From NCBI RefSeq assembly GCF_037902255.1, contig NZ_CP147990.1, positions 3,450,001-3,482,000 of the forward strand: a stretch of 32,000 nt of DNA, written 5' to 3'. Made by a program: the position numbers and the translations under genes. The notes under the pieces were generated by a model. It worked only from the letters and a program-made list of their open reading frames with translations, did no database searches and was not told where the DNA came from. The DNA comes from Candidatus Electrothrix sp. GW3-4. Lineage in GTDB: Bacteria; Desulfobacterota; Desulfobulbia; Desulfobulbales; Desulfobulbaceae. Below are positions 1-6,668 of this stretch, piece after piece (position 1 is the first letter of the stretch; each line of letters begins with the position of its first letter).

Positions 1-47
1 TCTTATGCTCCAATATGCCGATAAATCAGTTCGGCAGCTAAACTGGA

Positions 48-848
48 GTGTCGATTATATTTAGCCGGGTACTTATGAATTTCTCGCCAACCATCTATGA
101 AGTTTTGAAAACGCTTTGGTGGGTCATCCCAATGATGCTGTTCCTCGCCTTCCTGGGGTCTCCCAAGTTCAAAGGGATATTTGGGGAAGCCTTAGTCAAG
201 GTTGCGGCATGGTTACGCCTTCCTGCCAAAGTCTACCATCCTATCCATAATGTGACGATACCGACCCTGGACGGCACAACGCAGATTGACCATATCTTTG
301 TTTCTTGTTTTGGCATCTTCGTCGTAGAAACGAAGAACATGAAGGGTTGGATCTTTGGCGGAGAGAATCAAAAGCAGTGGACACAGCGAATATTCAAAAA
401 ATCATCTCCATTTCAAAACCCACTGCACCAAAACTACAAGCATGTCAAAGCACTGGAGACCTTACTTGCTGTCCCTCCAGAAACGTTACATTCAGTGATC
501 GTTTTTATGGGTGACAGTACGTTTAAGTCGCCCATGCCAGCCAACGTCACTCGTGGCGGTGACTATATCACATACATTAAATCCTTCCGCAACCCCGTGC
601 TGTCGGAAGCTCAAGTGCAGAAAGCGATAGCACAGATCCAATCTGGTCGACTTACACCGTCATGGGAGACAGATCGCCAGCATGTTCACCAGCTCAAAAA
701 TCGCGCCGATCCGAATGCGGAGAGAAAATGCCCAAAATGTGGCAAACCTATGGTATTGCGTACTGCAAAACGAGGCGCAAATGCCGGTAATCAATTCTGG
801 GGTTGCTCCGCATATCCCAAGTGCAGGATGGTGCAAAATATCAACTGA
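48..848 (+). CDS. NERD (nuclease-related domain) protein with an N-terminal TM helix and a C-terminal topoisomerase-type C4 zinc ribbon
   Basis: The hydrophobic segment LWWVIPMMLFLAFLGS suggests a TM helix. The NERD-like core is QIDHIFVSCFGIFVVETKNMKGWIFG...NPLHQN..H. The C-terminus CPKCGKPMVLRTAKRGANAGNQFWGCSAYPKC matches the topoisomerase-I-type C4 Zn finger pattern. The start is uncertain: GTG at 48 or ATG at 75. Confidence 0.8.
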   Translation: MSIIFSRVLMNFSPTIYEVLKTLWWVIPMMLFLAFLGSPKFKGIFGEALVKVAAWLRLPAKVYHPIHNVTIPTLDGTTQIDHIFVSCFGIFVVETKNMKGWIFGGENQKQWTQRIFKKSSPFQNPLHQNYKHVKALETLLAVPPETLHSVIVFMGDSTFKSPMPANVTRGGDYITYIKSFRNPVLSEAQVQKAIAQIQSGRLTPSWETDRQHVHQLKNRADPNAERKCPKCGKPMVLRTAKRGANAGNQFWGCSAYPKCRMVQNIN

Positions 849-959
849 CAGTCTGTTACTGTTGTCTGCCAACGCACTACGAACAGGTTGTCATTGTATT
901 TGAGACAGGAATTATCATCCTCCATCGCATCCTCAACCACCAGATTCTCCAACAACCAC

Positions 960-1070
960 ATCCGACTCTATCTCAACCGCACATACAAGCTCAGAACACA
1001 ACTCACATGTACGGTCAAAACTGGACAATCTCCAGCATCACGCGCCCTCTCCCCTTTTTCTATTGACAAA
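960..1070 (+). repeat. Upstream element copy A, related to 2310-2434
   Basis: Block ATCCGACTCTA-TCTCAACCGCACAT matches ATCCGACTTTAATCTCAACCGTACAT at 2310 with 2 mismatches and 1 indel. A shared CACATGTA follows, then a C/T-rich block ending in TTGACAAA in both copies. Confidence 0.5.
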
Positions 1071-1091
1071 GAAAAATTTCCTTCTTAATTT
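1063..1091 (+). promoter_or_regulatory. Candidate sigma70-type promoter (TTGACA-N17-TAATTT) at the 3' end of element copy A
   Basis: TTGACA lies at 1063-1068 and TAATTT at 1086-1091, with a 17-nt spacer. This would give a ~240-nt leader before the GTG at 1338. Confidence 0.35.
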
Positions 1092-1337
1092 AAGAATTTA
1101 TTATCTCACGGTCTTTCCAAACAAACTCCCATCCCGCGCCCTGGGTGCGGGACAACAAAGCATGAAAGTTGATTAACTGACTCCAAGGAGTCACCCGGCA
1201 CTTTCGTATAAATACTTTTTCATCTTTACAACGCAAGTAACTGATAAGCAGGAAAACAATTCCAACATAGGTTGATAGCCTATATTTTCCCAGGTTCTAA
1301 ACGGTTGTACCTATACACCATATAGGAGGAAACTGAC

Positions 1338-2237
1338 GTGGACCCGAAAAAAAGAGTTTGGTTGTTGATTCTCATCATGTTTCTCCTGGTTATCTCGACC
1401 ACAGTAGTTTCAGTTGGCCTTCTTTATCAAACCAGTATTAAAGAACAAAAAATACGCCTTGCCGAAACAGCAAAGAGCCAGGCACGGCTGATAGAAGCTG
1501 TCGCCAACTTCAATAAGAGCTATAGTAATAATTATTCACCCGGGGCGAGAGAGGCAACTCTCGTTCAAATACGAGAGGCTCACTCCAACTATCAGGGGTT
1601 TGGCGTTACCGGAGAATTCACCCTGGCAGAAAAGAAAAACAAACAAATTATCTTTCTCTTAAGTCACCGTCATTATGATCTTGATAACCCGAAACCTGTT
1701 CCCTGTGACTCTCCTATTGCAGAACCTATGCGTCTTGCGCTCTCCGGCAAGTCTGGAGTTGTCATTGGGCTTGATTATCGAGGAGCAAAGGTCCTTGCAG
1801 CGCACGAACCTGTTGGAGTATTTGGTTTGGGAATTGTTGCAAAAATTGACCTGGCAGAAATCAGAGCACCATTTATTAAAGTGATCAATATTACTGCTAT
1901 TTTCTCTTTTTTTCTCATTACATTAGGCGTAAGTATCTTTCTTAAGTTGACAAACCCTCTCTTGCGCAACCTCAACAATACTATAGAAAAACTCCAAAAA
2001 GTGCTCCGTGAAGTTAAGGTTCTCAGGGGAATCCTGCCAATCTGTTCCTTCTGCAAAAAAATACGTGACGACAAAGGCTACTGGAATCAAGTCGAGGTGT
2101 ATTTAAGAGATCGTTCTGACGCAGACTTTAGTCACGGCATTTGCCCTGAGTGCATGAGAAAGCATTATCCAGGTTTTTTACAACAAGATACTCACAAAAC
2201 ATCAGATCAAGACTCTGTCCTCTCAAAATGGTTTTAG
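1338..2237 (+). CDS. Transmembrane sensor: TM1, periplasmic Cache-like domain, TM2, short coiled coil, C-terminal Cys4 (CxxC...CxxC) module
   Basis: GTG start with AGGAGG (1324-1329) 8 nt upstream. TM1 is VWLLILIMFLLVISTTVVSVGLL. The periplasmic part ends GKSGVVIGLDYRGAKVLAAHEPVGVFGLGIVAKIDLAEIRAPF, a Cache-type pattern. TM2 is ITAIFSFFLITLGVSIFL. The tail is LRGILPICSFCKKIRDDKGYWNQVEVYLRDRSDADFSHGICPECMRKHYP (about 2022-2180). No kinase, GGDEF, HD or DNA-binding domain is visible. Confidence 0.8.
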   Translation: MDPKKRVWLLILIMFLLVISTTVVSVGLLYQTSIKEQKIRLAETAKSQARLIEAVANFNKSYSNNYSPGAREATLVQIREAHSNYQGFGVTGEFTLAEKKNKQIIFLLSHRHYDLDNPKPVPCDSPIAEPMRLALSGKSGVVIGLDYRGAKVLAAHEPVGVFGLGIVAKIDLAEIRAPFIKVINITAIFSFFLITLGVSIFLKLTNPLLRNLNNTIEKLQKVLREVKVLRGILPICSFCKKIRDDKGYWNQVEVYLRDRSDADFSHGICPECMRKHYPGFLQQDTHKTSDQDSVLSKWF

Positions 2238-2309
2238 CGTTAGAGATAAACAGGCATATATGCCACCGGGCAAAACTATCGCCAGAGCATGCACATGAAT
2301 GACCAACAG

Positions 2310-2434
2310 ATCCGACTTTAATCTCAACCGTACATGCGATCTCAACTCATAAACACATGTAACTTTAACTCGCTGCATGATGAGTTTGAACCTCTCACAC
2401 GACCTCCTCCCCTCCCTCTTTTCCTGTTGACAAA
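2310..2434 (+). repeat. Upstream element copy B, related to 960-1070
   Basis: Same conserved blocks as copy A. It ends in CCTCCCCTCCCTCTTTTCCTGTTGACAAA. Confidence 0.5.
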
Positions 2435-2455
2435 ACCAGCGTAGCCACCTACACT
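2427..2455 (+). promoter_or_regulatory. Candidate sigma70-type promoter (TTGACA-N17-TACACT) at the 3' end of element copy B
   Basis: TTGACA lies at 2427-2432 and TACACT at 2450-2455, with a 17-nt spacer. The leader to the ATG at 2642 would be ~185 nt. Confidence 0.35.
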
Positions 2456-2641
2456 AGCTCACAAGCAATTACAGGCTGTTATCGAATGGATGATTATAGT
2501 CAATCCATACCATTGTCCGCCAAAAACGTGGGCACGCATCTCCCTCTATAGTAAAAATTCACTGCGTTCGTAATGAGTTCCTGAACCAAAAACTTCCACA
2601 GGAAATCCTCAACTTGATCCGACATAAAAGGAAAGAAGAGA

Positions 2642-3103
2642 ATGAAAAAACGTCCCGCATCCCTCCTGCTGATCCTGACCATCCTCGCTGCAATCCTTCT
2701 CGGTAATACTTATACCGCAGAGGCGATTACAACGAGCAAATGGTACACCAAGGCATCCAGCTTTGAAAAGATAGAGGAGGCAGCACAAAAAAAGAACAAA
2801 CCCTACATCCTCTTTTTCTATACAGATTGGTGTGGATACTGCAAGAAGATGAACAAAAAGTATCTCAGCAATGCCAAGATAAAACTAATCCTAGCCAAAC
2901 ACTACAGGATTAAAATCAACCCTGATAACGGCGAGGAGGAAAAGGCCTTGGCCACGGCAAAAGGCGTGAATGGTTATCCTGATTTCAGGATAGTCCATCC
3001 TGATGGGCACACTCTAAGAATTCATCCCTTCCGGGACGGTGGGTCTTTGAAGGTCAAAGCATTTATCAGGGATTTGAAGGCTGCTCTTAAGGGAAAAAGC
3101 TAA
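2642..3103 (+). CDS. Secreted thioredoxin-fold protein (CGYC active-site motif)
   Basis: Signal peptide MKKRPASLLLILTILAAILLGNTYTAEA. The motif ILFFYTDWCGYCKKM is a classic W-C-x-x-C thioredoxin-like site. Confidence 0.8.
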   Translation: MKKRPASLLLILTILAAILLGNTYTAEAITTSKWYTKASSFEKIEEAAQKKNKPYILFFYTDWCGYCKKMNKKYLSNAKIKLILAKHYRIKINPDNGEEEKALATAKGVNGYPDFRIVHPDGHTLRIHPFRDGGSLKVKAFIRDLKAALKGKS

Positions 3104-3270
3104 GCATTCTGTATCCCTGGCTTCTTCAAATTCATCTAACAACCAGATATCAGCTGTTGGTTTAGACTGTTAAGCAATAAACACGCAATCCGTTCAGCAG
3201 AGAAAAAACAAACTCATCCAGCTCACATCCTAAGAGAACAAAAAAATACAATGACACTGGAGGATCTGTC

Positions 3271-3918
3271 ATGAAGCTGGTTGACGGCAACTCAAAAATA
3301 GGGCAGAAGCTTGAGCAATGGCTTCCCCACCCCCAGGAAGAAGCCGAGCTCACAGAACAAGAGAAAAAAAAGTTTGAAGAACAAAACCAGGCAAGAAACC
3401 AACTGCCCTCAGCGCATGAACCAGCAACAAAATTAGAGAAGAAGATAAAAAAATGGTTCACTGCTGCTGAAGAAGGTGATCGCCCTTTAATTATAGCAGA
3501 ACGAGTTGGTATCCGTCGTCATAAGATCTTAGCGCTGACCTATTTCAGGGCTATCCTCTTTGAAGCAGGCTGTTGGGGAAAATTCAAAGATGTGAGCGAT
3601 AAGGTATGGCGGCAATTCGTTTCGGTCCACTTAACAGAAAAGGCCTTCTACTCCTCCTTAACCCTGCGTTTTTTTCCTTATCACGACTCTGTCTCGTACC
3701 ATAATCCCGATAAGAACAGCAGTTCATTACAGGAGAGTGACTTTAAAAATTGGTACCTGAACAGATTAAACAAAGAGGAAGCGAGGCGTGTCTACTCTTT
3801 TTTAAAAGATAAGGAACTGTTCTGGCAAGAAAAACGTCGGAAAGAGTATATTAATCAACGTAAGATGTTCGCCGTAAAGCCCCTTGGCGGTACCGTCGCC
3901 CCTCAAGAGAAGGGGTAA
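3271..3918 (+). CDS. Hypothetical protein with a charged, low-complexity N-terminal third
   Basis: ATG with a GGAGG 6-7 nt upstream (ctGGAGGatctgtcATG). The ORF is 215 aa. I recognise no family motif. Confidence 0.55.
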   Translation: MKLVDGNSKIGQKLEQWLPHPQEEAELTEQEKKKFEEQNQARNQLPSAHEPATKLEKKIKKWFTAAEEGDRPLIIAERVGIRRHKILALTYFRAILFEAGCWGKFKDVSDKVWRQFVSVHLTEKAFYSSLTLRFFPYHDSVSYHNPDKNSSSLQESDFKNWYLNRLNKEEARRVYSFLKDKELFWQEKRRKEYINQRKMFAVKPLGGTVAPQEKG

Positions 3919-3948
3919 CCTGCTTCGCCCAATGGGGCAATGGAGCGC

Positions 3949-4761
3949 TCAGTCCCCCTCAGCTACCTCACTCACCAAGGCAAAGCCATCCTTGGCCAAC
4001 CAACCAGACTTCCCGCTCTCCGTCTTCACCAGCACATAGTCGCCGTGCTCCCTTTCCGGCCAGATCAACCTCCCTGCCCTAATATCACCGGCTGGCGCTG
4101 CATCCGCAAAGGGTGAAATAACTAAGTGCGCATCCTCTGCCAACACCACTCCGACCTGCCAGTCCTGATAACGCAAAAGAGCAAGAGGCAGGGTGAGAAG
4201 GAGCACTGCCAGTGCCCCCACCATCAACCAGCGAATCCCTCCCTTCCTCTGCCCAGCTACAGTGCTTGCCAGTAAGGCACTGAGCCCCAAACAGAGGAAG
4301 GCATAACCGGCAAGCATCAGCCATTGATCTGCCCCGAGCATTTCGGCCAAGCGCCTGGGCAGGAGGAGCTCATCCCGGTATAATCCGGCATCCTTTCGTA
4401 CCTGCTCTAAATTCCCTCGAATATCAGCGTCACCAGGGGCCAGGCGTAAGGCCCGCTCATAATTGAGCACTGCTGGTCCGATCTCTCCCGCAGCAGCATA
4501 ACTATTGGCCAGGTTATAGAACAGGGAGGCAGACACCCCGTATCGATTGATGATACTCGAATACTGCTCAGCCGCCTGTTGAAATCCCCCCTGGGTATGG
4601 AGGATATTGGCCTGCTCAAACAGGATAAGGGCTGCTTTCTTATCCTGTCCCCCGGCCAGAGCCCAACAAGACACCAGCAGGCACAGCATGACCACGAGCG
4701 GGATCTTCTTTATCACCCGCATACAATTTAAGGAAAATAAGGAAAACATACGTTGCTTCAT
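3949..4761 (-). CDS. BatE-like protein: signal/TM, TPR repeats, two TM helices, C-terminal SH3-like domain
   Basis: TPR pattern FQQAAEQYSSIINRYGVSASLFYNLANSYAAAGEIGPAVLNYERALRLAPGD. The C-terminus GDYVLVKTESGKSGWLAKDGFALV is SH3b-like. Its ATG overlaps the BatD stop as ATGA (4758-4761). Confidence 0.7.
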   Translation of the reverse strand: MKQRMFSLFSLNCMRVIKKIPLVVMLCLLVSCWALAGGQDKKAALILFEQANILHTQGGFQQAAEQYSSIINRYGVSASLFYNLANSYAAAGEIGPAVLNYERALRLAPGDADIRGNLEQVRKDAGLYRDELLLPRRLAEMLGADQWLMLAGYAFLCLGLSALLASTVAGQRKGGIRWLMVGALAVLLLTLPLALLRYQDWQVGVVLAEDAHLVISPFADAAPAGDIRAGRLIWPEREHGDYVLVKTESGKSGWLAKDGFALVSEVAEGD

Positions 4762-6668
4762 ACCAGCCTATCCAGTTCGTTTCTGGTGGTTTGCAAGATC
4801 TCCTCTAAATCAGCCTGCGCCAGCTGCTCACCGGCATAGCCACTCTGCTCCAGACGAACAAAGACCTCGCGCAGCGGTGCTTCGTCCGCTAGACGTTGTT
4901 CCAGATCTGCCAAGGTAACCGCCTCCGGGGCGAGCCCCCAGACCTCCCCTGCCCGTTCCTGAATCGCTGCCCGGCAATGTTGACGAAACGCCTCTTGATC
5001 CTGCGTTGCCAGGGCCGTCTTCATCCCCTCATAATGCCCTGCCAAACGTTCTTGTACCTCTTTATGCCGCAGGAAGCTAGGATCCCTTGCCCATCTTCTC
5101 TGCCTGAGATAGAGCGGCGCGGCTATAAAGAGACAGAGCAAGGCTACAGCTATGAGCACCTGAAACCAACGCTTCTGATACAAGGGGAAAATGGCCGGAA
5201 CCAGTCTCCCCAGTTCGGGCTTTAACGGAGCAAGATGCAGGGTAGGCTGAGATGCAGGGCTCTCCAGGGAAATGCCTTTCTTCTCCCCCTGCGGGGCGTT
5301 CTGTACTGCCGGGGCACCAGGAGTTCCTGCCTGAGAGGCGGATGGGTTCTTTGCTGCTTGCAAACTCAAGGGAATCGGCTCACTGGTCAGCGTCACATAC
5401 TCCTCGACCTTGGGATCAAAATAAGAAAATCGAACCGGAGGCACAGCCATCAGGCCCTGCTCAGTGGGGATCAGGGCCTGCTCAAAGGTCTTCTCACCTT
5501 TACCACCGCCCAGATCCTTCACCGTTCCCGAGGCCGGATAGACCTTCCAGCCTTGCTCTTCGGTCAGGCTTGGCGCCTGCACCAGGGAAAAATTGCCGCT
5601 GCCAGCAAGTTGCATCTTCACCGTTATGGGATCACCGACCTTGCCATTGAGCGGCAAGGCCGCCACAGCCAGGCTAAAGGTACCAATAGCCCCGCTGAAC
5701 CCCTCAGGACGATTTTCCGTTGGCAGGTCCAGCACTGTCATCGTCTTTTCCGGGCTGGAAACCATGACATCACGTCGTGAATAGTTTCCCAGGATATCAG
5801 CAAAAAAAGGATCATCCAACAAAGAGGAACCAAAGGGACTGCCGCGGAGACGACTTCTTGAACGAACCAACACCTCTGCATCCATTTCCACAGTCAGGGA
5901 GACGGCCCCTTCCCTGACCGCTGACAGGGTCCCCTGCCACGTCAGGGTGGTATACGAAGTGCCGTTCAAACGCTCTTGTTGCTGCCGTGGCTCCTCATCC
6001 AGAGACTGGAGCAAAAAATCATCCCCACTCAGCCGTGGTGCTGACTTAAGAGTGACCCGTTTCCCTGTCCGAAAATAGGCCTTCAGGGTAAAGGGAACGA
6101 CCTGCCCCGAATAAATGCGATCGGTGTCCGGCATGATCCGCATAAAACCGATATTCCTTACCTCATCAGCATCAGGATGGACAGTTGCTGATCCTCCTGT
6201 CCCGGAAGGCGTCCCTCCTGCCTGCCTACCACTGTTCTGCACAGGCAGCACTGTACACTGCACAGGCTCGGAGGTGTACTCCTTGCCCTCAACCGTCACC
6301 TTGACTGGCGCAACGGTGAATTCGCCAGTTTTCTCAGCCTGTACCAAAAAATTATACGAGATTGAGGACGATATCTTACCGTTTACCCAAGAAGCCTGAC
6401 TGCTCTGCCCCTGATAAACAAAATGCAAGCCGTCAGCAAGGGGCATGTCCGGTTCCGCAGACCGAGCCCCGGTCACGGTCAAAACAAATCGGGCTGCTTG
6501 ATCCTCAGAAAACCTTGCTGGCTCCAGTTCCGCCGTGACCTGAATATCCGCTGCCGCTGCCGTAGCCGCAACGAGTACAGACAAAATGCACGTAAGCAAA
6601 GCAGGCAGCAACCAAATCTGCATACCCCTGTGACAGCCCAAAGAAAATCGCTTTGTTATTCGTCTCAT
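4758..6668 (-). CDS. batD: BatD-family (oxygen-tolerance) protein
   Basis: An N-terminal signal is followed by repeated Ig-like BatD-type segments (for example VTAELEPARFSEDQAARFVLTVTG...KTGEFTVAPVKVTVEGKEYTSEPVQCTV), then a C-terminal TM helix (WFQVLIAVALLCLFIAAPLYL) and a cytoplasmic helical tail. The ORF-track start (6674) is TTG. An ATG at 6668-6666 overlaps the upstream TGA as TGATG, so I place the start there. Confidence 0.75.
   Translation of the reverse strand: MRRITKRFSLGCHRGMQIWLLPALLTCILSVLVAATAAAADIQVTAELEPARFSEDQAARFVLTVTGARSAEPDMPLADGLHFVYQGQSSQASWVNGKISSSISYNFLVQAEKTGEFTVAPVKVTVEGKEYTSEPVQCTVLPVQNSGRQAGGTPSGTGGSATVHPDADEVRNIGFMRIMPDTDRIYSGQVVPFTLKAYFRTGKRVTLKSAPRLSGDDFLLQSLDEEPRQQQERLNGTSYTTLTWQGTLSAVREGAVSLTVEMDAEVLVRSRSRLRGSPFGSSLLDDPFFADILGNYSRRDVMVSSPEKTMTVLDLPTENRPEGFSGAIGTFSLAVAALPLNGKVGDPITVKMQLAGSGNFSLVQAPSLTEEQGWKVYPASGTVKDLGGGKGEKTFEQALIPTEQGLMAVPPVRFSYFDPKVEEYVTLTSEPIPLSLQAAKNPSASQAGTPGAPAVQNAPQGEKKGISLESPASQPTLHLAPLKPELGRLVPAIFPLYQKRWFQVLIAVALLCLFIAAPLYLRQRRWARDPSFLRHKEVQERLAGHYEGMKTALATQDQEAFRQHCRAAIQERAGEVWGLAPEAVTLADLEQRLADEAPLREVFVRLEQSGYAGEQLAQADLEEILQTTRNELDRLV

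Noticed and set aside
305-1088. Small ORFs overlapping the NERD gene or its downstream spacer (305-514, 660-872 on the minus strand, 682-903, 803-1066, 888-1088).
   Set aside because: They lie out of frame inside or trailing a well-supported CDS, with no SD sequence and no recognisable motifs. The 803-1088 ORFs run through the repeated promoter-like element.
1133-1151. A GC-rich hairpin, CCCGCGCCCTGGGTGCGGG, lies in the leader of the sensor gene.
   Set aside because: It is a real inverted repeat, but no T-run follows on either strand that would make it an intrinsic terminator. There is no second copy or known motif, so I left it unannotated.
2254-2265. The perfect 12-nt palindrome GGCATATATGCC lies just after the sensor gene stop.
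   Set aside because: Palindromes of this length are expected several times per 32 kb by chance. The stem is too short and AT-centred, with no U-tract, to call it a terminator.
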